Below, piece after piece: positions 39,274-52,918 of a stretch of DNA of 64,000 bases. Source of the DNA: Psammoneis japonica. Lineage: Eukaryota. The translations under genes were made by a program, and so were the position numbers. The notes below the pieces were generated by a model. The model ran no database searches. It saw only the letters and a list, made by a program, of their open reading frames with translations, and was not told where the DNA came from. The stretch spans positions 1 through 64,000 of the forward strand of contig QPGO01000064.1 in assembly GCA_008632985.1 (NCBI GenBank), in the 5' to 3' direction. Each line of letters opens with the position of its first letter. The stretch's first letter is position 1.

Positions 39274-40291
39274 TTAGGAAGGGTTTCCGTTATGGTCACA
39301 CGGATAGGGCCCATTGTCGCTCAAACAAATCGTGTAGCTGTGAGGCCAGACATCGCTGTGCCAGAGCACCTGGCCATCACCGTAAAGGGTGAGCCTGTTC
39401 TCAGTAGGATGCTGGTTATATGCAGCAGAAAGATAGCAATCCTTGAGCCTAGTATTCCTCGTATTGGATGCCCACTTGATTTCTCCCATGTCAGCCAAGT
39501 CATTTCCTTTGAAAATGATCAAGTTGCAATCCCGCTGCAAGTACATGGTGAGGTTGTCACCGCCGGAAAACTTGTTGTCGGACGGGCTGTACAAGTTTCC
39601 TCTCTTGAGGGAATTGTAATAGGGATTCGCGTTCTGAGAAAGCGAGAAGTAGTCCAAGCTATTCCAAACTCCGGAACCTCTTCGTGACAGATAAAGAGAG
39701 CAGGTGTCTACTTGGAGGTAGAGTTTGTAGGAAGCGCTGCCGAGGTTCGTGCCAGTGGCATAAACGACCTCGTTGTCATTTCCTCCCGGACCATTCTCTC
39801 GGTAGACGACCAAGTTCCCGTCGGTCTGCAATGCCGCGAAAAACTCTCCACCTCTGCTTGGGTTTCCTGTCTGCCAAGAAGTCTTGAATTGGCCGTTAAT
39901 CTTCCGCTCCACCATAAGATTACCACGGTTGTTTAGACGCAGCCGGCATTTGCCGCCAGGGTTAACCTTTGCGTTAGACACCCCGGGGTACAAGCGTTCT
40001 GCGGGTGGCGAGCCCATTATCTGTTCAATAACACCAAGTTTCCTCTACAAACCAGAAAAACGCAAAACAGTATGATCAGCAAGAGTTCGCCTCGTCACAA
40101 CCCTTCACTTTACCTGAACTTACATCGTCTTCTTCTCCAAGTCGCCTCTGGACCAACAAGATTGGAAAAACAGATAAACAACATCAGAAACTCTAACTAT
40201 ATGGCTGTTCGAGATTCATACTTCCGATACGTACACTTTCTCCCTGTCCAACGAGAAGCAGCGCTAGGATTGCGATTGAAGGGATCTTCAT
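39274..40291 (-). CDS. Secreted bulb-type (B) lectin-like protein, 3 exons
   Basis: MKIPSIAILALLLVGQGES signal exon, 24-nt microexon RRLGEEDD, LQTDGNLVVY, YATGT, LQRDCNLIIF, WASNT. Confidence 0.8.
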
Positions 40292-41372
40292 TTTGTCGAA
40301 TATCTGCCACGGTAGCAACGGAGACGAGGGGGCATCAACCGTGAGTGCGGATCAATCACAGAGTGAGACGGTGACCTGATCAAGACACTTACTAGTACAA
40401 TTCTTTTTGTGCGTAACGCCGAGTCTATTTCGATTCGTTGTGTCTGACAAACGGAAGGAACAAAAAGAACATTAGAAACGAAGCGTTGCAGTGTGCATAC
40501 ATCATTCTTCGGTACGCTCTACTACCGGGGGACAAGCGTCTTTGCTTCTTAACACACTGAAAAGTGTTGACAAAGCAACAGTTTTCTCACCTTTATGTTT
40601 TTGTGAGAGGGTCGAAAACAAAGGCATCTTTTGCAACCACGAGTTGGAGACGCAAACAGGTCTGCTGCGGAGATGGATTCGTGGCATGTTTCGTGTGGGG
40701 CCATTCATTGCATTTAAGAATGGCGCGAAGAAAAAGCACAAGGGAGTGAGATTCGCGAATGCGAAAGTTTCCCGCGGTTACGAGGTGTTGATGCATAAAT
40801 AGCCCGATCGTGGGCAGCTCAACTTTGGGATGGTGCCAGTTTGGGTTCGCGAATTTTGATGTGACGGCTTCTCATTTGACATTGCCTCTCGCACACCGTC
40901 TGTGCTTCCTCATTCTTTGCTTTCAATCCATCGGAACAAAGGCTATCATCCAAAGTGTGACGACTATTGTTTTCATTATCAAGGTCGCTTGATCCGGAGT
41001 GCAGATTAAAGTTGCGGCGGCGCCCATCGCTATCATCGTCGGTTTCCGTTTCCCTCGTCCTCGCGCTCTCATTCTCATTTTTTTCTGGGGGACGGAGGGA
41101 GTTCGCAAGAAGCGAACAGCGAATTTTTTTAAAAATCAAAAAATTGAAAAAACGAGAAACAGCTCGAAAGATTATTCGCGACGACGATCTTGATGCATGT
41201 ACTATGGATGTTATTTTTCTTTGTACAGAATGGATTTTACATACTCGTAGTGTAGAAGCAACCGAGAAGAGGAATTGTCATATACAGCAACACGCACAGG
41301 ATGATGTAGTTGTTTGTATGCACATGAGTCGAAACGACACCGATGTTCATCAAGATTCTCAAGTCCCTATCT

Positions 41373-43136
41373 CTAGGGTAGCGGGGTAAGCTCGATGTAT
41401 CTGAATGTAGCCTCCTCGAGCTCGTCTTTAGCAGGATCCTCGCCCGGTTCTGTGTCGTCTTCAAAGGACGTAACTGCCAATCCGACGAAAACCTCTTCAG
41501 GCATCTCGATCGTTTCCGTCACATTCCACCAACGATAAAAACTGTCCTCCGGGGGAGGGACCGGGGGAGGAACACAAACATTATCTTCCTCCGGGAAGGA
41601 GCCAGATTCCGTGAATTTCGCCGTGATTACGTTACCGATGCGTTCCATTTTCATCCACCAGCAGTAAACATCTGCAACAGCAAAGTTAGAGACAACTACA
41701 GTTCCATCGAATTCCGTTCGAGTTGACGGGTTGAAATACACAGAATTCGGCGTATACCCATTGAACACGTGTTTTGCCACAGGGTCAAGACTGCCCCGTA
41801 TCATGAGCCCCGTCCTTCCTACGAGGCTTTCCGATTGTTCTTCTTCGATCGAAGTTACGTCACACACTAGAGCGTGCATCCTGAAATTGCCAGAAACTCT
41901 CTTGTATGCAAAGTGAAGAGCATCTGGACACGGACCATCTGTACCGGCGTCACACCCAACACGGCCACTTCCACGCACTGTGTATGACCAATCATCGAAT
42001 TGATTGTAGCTACCTGCTTTTGGAACAGTTCCTATATCCACGCTGTCTTCGATGTCAAATGAAGGAACTGGTGATAGATCGCAAACGGGATAGCCACGGC
42101 GATCACACGGAAAAGGTCCGTCTTCACTTAAACAGACAACATAATTGTCAGGCCAACCGGCGGCACCATGCCAGAGCACCTCATCATCACCATCGTAGAG
42201 GGTTAGTCTGTCTTCAGCGGACAGATAGCATTTGCCGAGGCTACTGTCCCTCGTGTTGGAAGCCCACTTCACTTCTCCCATGTCAGCCAAGTCCGTTCCT
42301 TGCGAAATGAGCAAATTGCAATCATTTTGCACGTACATAAACAGGTCACCCGAGTTGGTGTAGTACCCAATAGGGCTGTACAGGTTTCCTCTTTTCAAAA
42401 TGTTGCGAGGAGGATCGGCATTATTGACCAAGACACGATCATTCACGCTTTGCCACACAATCTTCTCCGGGGGACCAGAAGTCAACGAAAGGCCACACGT
42501 TTCTTCGTCGAGATAAAGCCTGTATTCGGGGCCTATGCCATGATTCGTCCCCGTAGCAAACACGGATGTACTACCTTGACTGTCTTCGCGATAAACAACA
42601 ATGTTCCCATCCACCTGCAACGCCATAAAGAAACTATCACCTCCTCCAGGCGGGTTCCCTGTTTGCCAGGCAGTCCTGAAACCACTTCCACCAACCTCCT
42701 TCTCAACATAAAGATTACCTCCGGTATTAAGACGGAGACGGCACTTTGTACCACGGCCGTTATCAGTAACTATAGCGTTGGCCACTCGGGGGTACAAACG
42801 CTGAGCCGGTGGCGTGAACGGGGATCCCGAGCGCATTATCTCTTGCAAATCGCCAAGTTTCCTCTAAACCAACCACCCGGAAGAGTTCAATAAAAGCAGA
42901 GATAAGTATCTCAAAGCTTCTTTAGCAATGGACGTTGAAATCACAGTAGAGAAACTTACTCTTTCTTGTTCTCCAAGGCGCCGCTAGACCAAAGCGACCA
43001 GAGAAGACCACAGAAAAAGACGTCATGAGCAGTCCCGTCAAAACCAATCATTCGCTTTACCATACAATGGCCGACGTACACTCTCTCCCTTTCCAAGGAG
43101 TATCAGCGCTAATATAGCACTTGAAGCAATCTTCAT
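41373..43136 (-). CDS. Secreted bulb-type lectin plus C-terminal ConA-like (DUF1349-like) beta-sandwich, 3 exons
   Basis: Signal exon MKIASSAILAL, LQVDGNIVVY, VQNDCNLLI, then DIG..AGS..TVRGSG, DALHFAYKRVSGNF, TGLMIRGSL, KMERIGN, VFVGLAVTS. Confidence 0.8.
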
Positions 43137-43887
43137 TGTTACACCTGCGTAAAGGTGAGAAAGAAGAGTAGGGCGCATAGTCAGCATCAAACGAATCGAC
43201 TCGTGGGAAGATTACCGGTAGGTTGAAGGTAGACGAGAAATCACCTTTTCCTCAACTAGCTTCTTTGTTTCCTTATTGTTGAATCTCTGGGTAGGGAAAC
43301 ATAAGTCGCAGTATTAAGGTAAGACGTGAAAGACCACCGAGTTATGGTTCATACGCTCACAAAGTTGCAACCAGTTAATGTGCAGAAGCAACGAAAGCTC
43401 ACCTTGCGTTCTTTCTTTATATTATGGGAACCTTGCGGCGGGACTGCAACCAAGATTGCATTCGCAAAGCAGAGTTCTCGTTCGCAATGACACGATTGAT
43501 TTCTCGATACACATGAAAAGAAAATGCGAGAGAATAGAGGAAATGAATGCGAACCCGTATTATCTGCGACCACTTGAGACGTTGATCCCTAAGTAATTGT
43601 GTCGTGGAACGACCGAAGAAAAATGTGCGAATCACGTTACGAGTGTAGGTGTCACATTGAGCTCTTCTGTCGAACCAAGGTCAAACGGTCCGTCGGAACC
43701 TGTTTCCAGTGACTGGGACGCCGAGATCGTTTTCAAAATGCTCGGAGCGACGCATCATGGCAACAAAGCAATAATACGATGAAACTGGAACGTGAACCGA
43801 TCAAAGTTAGAGTTGTGTTCCGCAAAACCTCGGCATCGATAGATAGACAGAGAAAGCCTCTAACCTTTGGGCACAGTTCTATTTCAA

Positions 43888-45250
43888 TTAACTCTGAATC
43901 AACTGCTCCAAATAGCTACCTGGAGGTATCAATACAGCAATCTCGTCCGTTCTTGCTGAGTCCTGGTCTGTCGGAGACGCTGTGTCCGCGGCTTGGTCAA
44001 GCCACTTTTCCGTGATGGAACGTCCAAAGACAAACTTGTCGTTGTTACCGCGATTTCTAGTTTCTTGATTGCCTACAATAGAGACTGGTGCTGCTTTCAA
44101 AACCACATGGGTTTCGTTATAGACAGGAAGCCCGGCACAATGGCAAAAGTCCAAGGCGGCTTGTGCGCTCGGCAAAAACAGCAATCGTGCCATCTAGAGA
44201 GAGACAAAGCAGACATCAGTCGCCATACAACATGGTTCCAACAGCAAACATTTAACAACCATCGCCTCACCTCTTCTCCTTCGACCTTTTCCTCCTTTCG
44301 AAGAGCCTTGTTATACTGCCGTAAGGCTCCAAGACGAATAGCGCGCAACGCGGGTGCTATGCAACAACGACACAAAACGGCAAAGGAAGTATCTCCTGCC
44401 GAGGTCAAGAGACGAAGAATCAAACGATAATGCCCGATTGCAGCCGCACTCGCAATCTCCAATGCAAGTTTAACTTGTGGGGATTCCATAATGCTAGAAC
44501 CTTTCGTCGTCGTATCGATTCGCCAAAACTCTTGCAGCAGAGACGAGTATCCGCCGTGTTGTTGTTGGTATGCATCGTCAAAGCCTCCACTATTGCTTGG
44601 CTCGTGCTGTCGCAGCAAGGACGCAACACGACACAATACCGTAAGACATAGCATATCTTCATAATCAGATCGAATGTTGTTGTCTTCATGATGACTATTA
44701 TGACTCCAGTATGCTCCAAAGGCAGTCCACAGTGCCTTGGTAGCAAATTTCGTCTCGTACTTTGGATGCCTCCCTTCCGAAAAATCACTCAATAGAAACA
44801 TGGCGACAACATGGTATCGTACAATCTGTGCCTGAAGAAACGTGCTTTCTGGAACCAATTCACCCTTGACGATATCAACTTGCATGGCACGGATTCGATC
44901 GTCCACAAACAAAACTGCCGACAACAAGGATTGTTGCTTCATGACCGATTGCACCCTTTGACATGCTAGAACTACTCGAAACAAATGCAGGAGCGTAATT
45001 TCCAATTGATGTAGCGATCGTGGACTATGCTTTTGTACAGAACCCGCAGCTGACCGTCGGTATTTCGAAACAGCCAAGCGTGGATCTAGTGTGCGATCTC
45101 GGGGTAGCTTTTTGTGGCAGGTCTCAGCGGTTGCCTCCCACACGGATACTTCGTTGTGACGAGTCCGCTCTTCACATTCACTCTACTGCACATTGTGTAG
45201 GGCTCTGGAAACACGGAGCTTTCGTCATGATTGCCCGTCATGGTTGTCAT
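43888..45250 (-). CDS. SAC3/GANP-family protein (one intron ~44194-44269; frameshift at ~45185)
   Basis: MC..E...R...VSVWE, AVSKYRRSAAG, PRSLHQL, FVDDRIRAMQVD, IRLGALRQYNKA. Confidence 0.75.
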
Positions 45251-45508
45251 AGTTTTGGACGCATACCATGTTTTGTGTTATCGCTCGGCATCGCAGCAAA
45301 GAGCGCTTTTGGCTGGCTTTTGGGCCGCACAATCAGTACAACCGCCTAAAACGCTTGACGATGAAATTCCTCACATGCATGATCGATGGGATGGTTCCTC
45401 CGGCTTATTCTAGCTAGAGACTACAGAGGAACTATAGATAAGCTCTATAACAAACTCTAGTAAAGAGTAGCAACCCCCTCTATTCTAGTGTTCCCCCAGA
45501 ATATCACA

Positions 45509-46403
45509 TCAGCTAGTATACGAATGATTGAACTTCTGTCTAGCCCATTCGTACAACTCAATATCCATTTCATTCGCTGCCTCTATCTTTTTCAATACAT
45601 CCACTGGTATCGCTTGCTTTACCTTTCCCACATTGGCTTTGGAAATGGCAAGATTTCCGTCTGAATGGCGTTGTGTAGTTTCCGCAGGCACCCTCAAAAT
45701 CTGGAAAGAAGCAAACCAAATCCATGGAGTCAAGAAACGACTTGGCCCTTTCCAGGTTGCTCTTGTCCATGCTGGGCTGAAACGCTTTTTTGTGATGCAT
45801 CATGCTCCATGTAGCGGTTATGGAAAACATGCGAGTCATGTAATCAAAGTACGAGGGACAATACATGCATTGCTCTCCCGCATAAATAGTATCCCACGTC
45901 GAATTGGGACTCATAGCATTGTCTGATGATGATAATGATACATACTAATGACTCGAGACACTGGCTCTCGCAACAAGGTCATTCGATAGCAGTGATGCGT
46001 ATGCTTGACTTGCAAAAAACTTGGTGTAAGATGCCCGGTATGGATAATCTTTGTGGAACTGTAAACAAAGGGTCCCGGTCCGGGTCGACGATTGTTGTAC
46101 CATTCAACGTAGGACCAGTTTTTGTAAAAGGCAGCTTGTTCCATCACTCGAGCCATGGACGATCCAGCACATTTGGGTACGTGATAGACCACCAGGCAGT
46201 CTCGTGATTTGTTTGAAACAATGTCAACAAACTCATTGGTGGCCGTGAAAACGTCTGGAGTGATTTCGTCCAAAAAAATTGCTTTGATTCAAGGAAACAA
46301 GAAATAATGCATCTTCTACTAGCCAAAACACCAGAAAAGATATCGTAACGACAATAGCAAGGGGACGTATCTTTATGGAACGCATATTGATATTGGACGG
46401 CAT
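45509..46403 (-). CDS. Golgi-type sulfotransferase-like protein with about 3 frameshifts (pseudogene or assembly errors)
   Basis: N-terminal TM, 5'-PSB-like YHVPKCAGSS, 3'-PB-like TLLREPVSRVISMYHY, C-terminal NEMDIELYEWARQKF, spread over different frames. Confidence 0.7.
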
Positions 46404-46708
46404 GCGGCCACAACATGGTGGTGCGGGATGAAGTATGAAAGCGTTGAGTTGCGAGAAACGAAAAACGCTCACGCGCGGAGGATGCGCGATTTATGGCGGG
46501 AAACGCCGAAGTATCGAATACTCCCGGTAATGAATACATATATCAAAAGAACTTGCCGCCGACATACTGTAGCGGCGGCAGAGAAACCTGACGCAGTCGC
46601 AGGACGACGATGAGGGTTTTTCTTCTTTGCCGTGTTTTCATCATCTCGACAACGCTATTCTACTTCTCAAGCAATCCATAGTGTGAATCAATCAGTCCAA
46701 CAACCATC

Positions 46709-48419
46709 ATGGCAAAAGTGTGTAGAACAGCAACACTGTTGTTATTCTTCATCCTCCAGAATGCCGCTGCTTTTCTCGTCTCGTCGAAACCAGCATTTCG
46801 TTCGAAATTCTCGTCACGGCTACAGGCACAACCGAATGGCGCAGTCTTGTCGGATGCACCAGTCACGATTGGAACTGCCACTTTGCTCTTGCCCCAGAAT
46901 GCTCTTGACGTTCCATCTCTGTTTGGTAGCAAATCACCCGTGGAGAATCCATCGTGGCTCGACGCTGCCAATCACTTGGCGAGAAAAACTGTATTCTTTT
47001 CCAATGCAACCATTGACGTCAATGTTGTTTGCGTTCCAGACAAGAAAGACGACATTACAATGAAACGACTGCTGGAATCGGATGCGCTGATTGCCATGGG
47101 CATGACGGATGCCATGGATGTGGATTTTACGCGAGACATTTTTCGCAAGAGACTCGAGACGGACGAATCCTTCAGCAAGTGCCAATTTGCATTGGAATGT
47201 AACGACAACGATTTACCCGCCGTGGTGGGTCCCTACAATACAGCAGTTCCATCTCCCATGTCCGTCTTGGCATGGACGGATGTTGCGAGTGGACAACGAC
47301 TGCACAATTACATGTCGGGCATGTTTTCACGATGGACCAGTGACGACTTTTGCGTTGCACTCGTCTTGTACTTTAATCAATTTGTCGCTCCCGTCGATTG
47401 GGTCAAATATTCTGTCGACGCGACATGGGAAAAGGGTCCTCTCCAAAACGCACAAGAATTCAAAGACATGATTGCCAAGTGCGGTCCGTGTATTTCAAAG
47501 TGTCTGGCAAACGAAGAGTGTCGAACCTGTCTGACGGCTCTGACCGAAGTGGATACACGTGATCAAGTAACATCGTATCGAACCATTGTTTCGTATGAAT
47601 CGGAACTGTTACGGGATTTTTCACTTTGTATATTGCAGAAGAATAACATTTTTCAATGCTCGGCCGACATTCCAACCATTCCCAGGGTAGAACCGCTGAC
47701 AAAGTGGCGTGGCAAGACGTTGACAAAAGAAATGGGCCAAGCCCTGTTGATTGGTCATTTGGACGATGAGGATGCCCCAGAGGTGTGTTGTATTGTGGTT
47801 TGTCTTGTACACATGTTGTTATTGTTATTGTCTTCCTCACTACTCAACCCATCCTTTGTGACTTGCACAGCAATCATTAAAACTACCAACATCCTGGAAG
47901 GTTGCCGCGGGTGCCAATGTTGCATACGATCAATTCCCATGCCAAAATCAATTGTTTTACAAGGACGAAAAGAAGAAAGGCATGTGGTATGATCCCGTGT
48001 TTCGGGTGGAAACCATTGATGGACGAAGTGTGTGGTGCAAGCGCCACTACCGTGTCCGCAACGGACCCAAACCAGGAACCTTTTACTTTTCCGTACTAGA
48101 CAATGGCGTGACATCCAACGAGTATTGGAACATTGTCGGTGCCGCCGATGACTTGTCGTGGATTGTCTTTCATTATGCCGGTGCCGCAGGAGCTGTTGGA
48201 CAACAATATTTGGGAGGATTGCTGTGTACGCCCAATGGCGAATTGCCAAGCAAGGATTTGGATACAATTCATGACTTGCTCGAATCGGCCGGCATTGCCC
48301 CGTGGGAACTGTTTGTCGTCAATAATAGTGACGAACATGACTCGGGACCACCGCCGTTGGATTACTATCGAACGCAAACTCTACAAAAAAAGAAGAAAGC
48401 TGTTGTTGAAGTAGCATAA
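46709..48419 (+). CDS. VDR: Violaxanthin de-epoxidase-related protein (intron ~47783-47870)
   Basis: Signal + AAA|F, Cys-rich C..C...CL....CR.CL, DQVTSYRTIVSYES, lipocalin WKVAAGANVAYDQFPCQ, WYDPVF...WCKRHYRVR. Confidence 0.85.
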
Positions 48420-48779
48420 TGATTGGGAAACAGTAGATCAACTCGAATGCATGCTAGAGTAGAGAGTAGAAAATGAGCACCAATGCGAACTGTTGCATTG
48501 TTGCAAATGCGAACGATCACACATCATCATCAGGAGTGACACTCTTTGAGTCCTCTTCCTGCTTTCTTGATGAAACTCATCTTGAATCAAGCGACTCTTC
48601 GACGCTGGAAAAACAACGAAAATGTGTGTGTTTTTTGTGAGAATATGATTCAGTAGGACTTTCTACGTACATACAAAAAGTACATCATTGATCTGAATGA
48701 CGTCGTGACGAAGCCGAATCGAACGGCATGCGTGCAAAAGTGATCATAACCTTTGAACTGCCTCAACGGCAAAAGTTTA

Positions 48780-49530
48780 ACTTCGGTGTCTGTCAGTCTT
48801 GGGCTTCGTGCTCGCGATGTGTTCTCTGATTCTCTGGCCTGGCTGTGCTACACACACTCATTTTGTTTTTGCGGTAGCGTTGGTGCCTCAAACCACGGTT
48901 CTTGGGAAATGGGTCCACACACAGAGGGGCAACAAGGACACCATGCCAGCAGAACGACGTCAAAAGCTAGACGACATTGGGTTTGTTTGGGACGCTTTTG
49001 AATGTGCTTGGAATGAAAAATGCCAACAGTTGTGTGAATGCCGCGAGACTCATGGAAACAGCAAGCACTGCCATTTGTGATGCTTCAACTCATTTCTGTC
49101 TCATCATGATCTAAGATTGTGCTCTGTTCATTTTGTGTTTGCGGCAGCGTTGGTGCCCAAAACCTTGGTTCTTGGGAAATGGGTCTCAAAGCAGAGGGGC
49201 AACAAGGATGCGATGACAGCTGAACGACGTCAAAAGCTAGACGACATTGGGTTTTCTTGGACGGGCAAGAAACTCAGTGAATGGGAAGTGCACATGGCCA
49301 TGATGCAGGCAACTGGGAAAGCTGACTGTGCTTCTCCTGCTCCTGCTCCGGCAGCTGCTGCGCACGCCGCTGCTCCACCGCCGGTGCTCTCATTGCGCCT
49401 GCCATTGCGCCTGCTTTCGGTTCACTCGCACGGCGGAGCTAGAACAGAATCGAGAGCTGTTCGATGCCGAGGCGCACCTGGAGCAGCGCTGTTTTGGAAG
49501 GCCATCTCTAGAGAATTGACAGCATACACT
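48780..49530 (+). pseudogene. Helicase-associated (HA) repeat gene relic, TpA-depleted
   Basis: Two LGKWVxxQR...ERRQKLDDIGFxW repeats. WNEKCQQLCECRETHG has Cys at positions that are normally aromatic. Intron-like spacers. Confidence 0.7.
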
Positions 49531-49803
49531 TAGAATCGGCACTAGAGAGCATCTACGGTATATTATCCCACTTCAATGACTTTTTGATGTTTTGATCCCT
49601 CCACGGCACCAGACACGTCACGCTTGGCGGCATTTTTTGTTATGGAAAATATATTAAAATATGAATACATTTGATTAGATCCAACGCTTTGTCTGTCCGT
49701 TGACATTCCTCAAAAAGACTCGAAAAAAAACACGAGTTCGCGTTTGCAACACTACCAACGGGTCTCACTAATGTGTTTAGTTTGTGTTACTGTTGTTGAC
49801 AAA

Positions 49804-52800
49804 ATGCCTGCTGCATCAAATACCACCGACAGCCCTAGCAACCGCAATCATATAACTAAAATGATTGAAACCATTCATCACGCTCCTGTGATGACGGAAG
49901 TGAGCCGTGACGAAAAGGAGAATGCAACAGACGGCTCTCTCCATAGCAACAACAACAGCCCCAGAAATGACTCCAAAACCGCTTCTTCTTCTACAAGCAA
50001 ATTGCAGTGGTTCTTCTTTGATCTTCCCCTTGCGACGGTCTTTTTCGTATGTCTCTCCTTTCTCCTCACACAGCATGTATACCACACGCTCGTTCTTCCT
50101 ATTGTCGATTCCTACCGCCGCGGAGACATGGATGATTTTTACCCGGAATTGGAAAACGACTTTACCTATTACAACCGTCTCTGTGACGCATCCGACATTA
50201 CCACGACGGACTCGAGTGATTTGATTGTTCACAATGGCAAACAAGCCGCCGATACCATGCTGAAACACGGATCAATTTTATTCAAAAATGTAGTCAACAA
50301 CGAAACCACCACGGCACTTCGGGCTTATCTCGATTTCGTCAATCATAAGTTGGAACGAAATGCCTTGGGATTTAACGAGAATTTCTTTGACGAAGAAGAC
50401 CGTTTGGCTCTGGGATTGGGCATTCATGATCACCCCGCTATTGCACAAGCGCTTCAGCAAATTGGAACCCATCCCGTTGTCAAGGAATCGCTCGAAGCCA
50501 TTTTAGGTCCCGATCCGGCCGTGTTGGAGATTTCAACCATGACATCCATGCACGGTGCCCCAGATCAAGGTATTCATTCCGATAGTGATTGGTTTGGATC
50601 GTCACTCTTGTATGGAAGAAACTTTTTGCATTCCTACAGCATGTTTGTGGCACTCCAAGATACTACTTCCCAAATGGGTGCCACTACGGTCTGCCCTGGT
50701 AGCCATCATTGTGCCAATCAAGATTTAGAAGATGTTTGTCTAGACAATGGTGCTTTTGAAGTTTCTTCGAATGGACACACGGGTGAGAACGGTGCTTTGC
50801 TTACGGGTGATGCGGTAAGTTCTTTTATTGTTTCTTCAGAAATTTTGTTCGTCATCATTTTCCTGGTGTTACGATCCTCTTACGATTTTTCGCTGTATTG
50901 TGTTTTTGAAACAGATGCTCTTTGCACAAGACGGTTGGCACAGAGGAGCAGCCAATCAAGACCCCAACACGGATCGCATCATGTTTATCGTTACCTACGC
51001 ATCCCGAACCAAACAAACGCCGAGTGATTATCGTCAACAAGCACTCGGAACGTATTATTATCAACGATGGAACATGTGGGGACACACCTACCAAGATCTC
51101 AAGACGGCAGCCACAACCATGGCACTACCCTTTGGTGCGTTGCGCGGATTGGGTTTGTGGAAATGGCCCAATGCCAATTGGGGTATTACGTGGATTGAAC
51201 AATTTAGTCGGCAAATGGCCAACAAGGAAGATTTTTATGATTATGATTGCTTGTTGGATTTTGTCAATGTCCTCCGCAAATGGTCGGTTCCGGAATTCTT
51301 GCTAGCCAATTTGACGGGAAACGAGGAAGAAGATACGTGGGATCGGTTTCTAGAAGAAAGCATGAACAATGTGGCTACCTTTTTGTGTCTAGTGTATGCT
51401 GCTGTGCTGGGTGGTTACGTCTTGATGCGGTTGCTCATGACGGTCATTTCTAGAAACAAGAACCGTCCCTTTGCTTGGTTCAAGCGTCTTGTACTGACGC
51501 ACACTGCCGTTTTGCTTCTCGTGGGATTATTGTACAAGTGGATTCAATCGTCTCACTTGGCAAAGAGCGTCACGTCGGGACACGTGTTTGACAAGCCCTA
51601 TGATTATGATCGTATCGACTCGGAGCACGGTGCCTCCTTGGGACCCACCACGCTTCCCACACGCAACGATGTCTTGATTGGTTCCAGATTTGATTCCGAC
51701 TTTTTGGGACTTGCCAATCGCTTTCTGGAAGTGCATCCCGGCAATGAGCGTTTCAACGATTTGATTCAAGGCGTTGCAGACATGCCAAGCAATGTACAAG
51801 ACGAGGCTGTGAAACACATTGTCCAGACTATTGAAGCCCGTGACGAATCGACGGGTTTGATTGGACGCTTTCTTCTTCAAGACTACACCAATGGGCATTG
51901 GACCACAACGACCCATGAGGATGCGATCGAGTACACCAAGAAGCAAATCAAAATGCTGTCTAGCCGACTCCACAAGGGACTTGGCAAGCATTTGGCCTCA
52001 GTCTTGGCCGAGAGCCGGTTTGGTGCCAACCGTGCCACGGCCATGTCGCGCAAGTTTGCTCCAAAGTTTGTCAACCAGTGGGAATCCATTGTCTTTGCTA
52101 AGAAAGAAAAAGAGTTGGGATCCAAGTATTGTCGCGTCCCTGTAGACGAGCCGTACAATGTCTTCTTTGATTATTTTCAGATTGTTCCGACTGTCACGAC
52201 TCCATCATCCTTGCTTGCGGCTCTACCTATGCGTGCCGCAACGTATTCGGGTCTACCCATTCCGGAAGAGCATGACTTTGACGTGGGCCATTTCGTCTTG
52301 GCCAATTACGGAAACTTTGGACGATGGATGCCTGCAAAGATTGAAGGCTTTACAGAAGATGGTGATTACCTTTTGCAATACGAATCTGGAACCGGAGCCG
52401 TAGAGGGGACCGAGGACCAATTGAGAGTGTTTGACTCGTTCGTCGCGGGCGACGAAGTGAACGTGGAGGTGGGAGGACTAACAGATCGGTGGTTGGCAGC
52501 CGTGGTTACCGATTGTCATCCCGATGGTACCTTTTCAGTAGAGTATGAAGATGGTGTCGTTGCGACTGGAATCAAGAATATTCACATTCGATTTGCCGGC
52601 TTGCCCGGTCCCGCCGCCGAGCGCATTCAAGCGGACTTCTACACTTTGAACGAACAAGTCGAGGGCAACTATCTTAATGAGGGCGAATGGTTTTTAGGCA
52701 CAATTACAGCGGTTAACTACTTCGATGGCGCGTACCAGTACGACGTCCTTTACGATGACGGAGATGAGGAGACCGATGTGGACCCCGAGTTTCTTCGCAA

Positions 52801-52813
52801 AGTGCGGAGTTAG
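49804..52813 (+). CDS. Membrane protein with PhyH-like 2OG-Fe(II) dioxygenase, DUF6824-like domain and three Tudor/Agenet-like repeats (copy 1; intron ~50815-50930)
   Basis: QGIHSD, FVALQD...GATTVCPGSH, WHRG.AN...R, NDVLIG..HPGNERF..GRFL..GHW, W.PAKI...Y.LQY, YDVLYDDGDEETDV. Confidence 0.8.
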
Positions 52814-52918
52814 CCAGCGGGTTGCAAAGTAGAAGAATGTGTGTACCTTTTATCAAATAATTTTACATGTAACAGAATAACAAAATAGGCGTGGCTTATT
52901 GCTACAAAGCGAAAAACT

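Noticed and set aside
41088..41102. GGGACGGAGGGAGT resembling a Stowaway/mariner terminal inverted repeat
   Set aside because: No matching left terminus or TA target duplication was found nearby.
17091..48419. Metabolic gene clusters (LCYB with VDR; sulfatases with sulfotransferase)
   Set aside because: The genes are about 28 kb apart and separated by unrelated genes.
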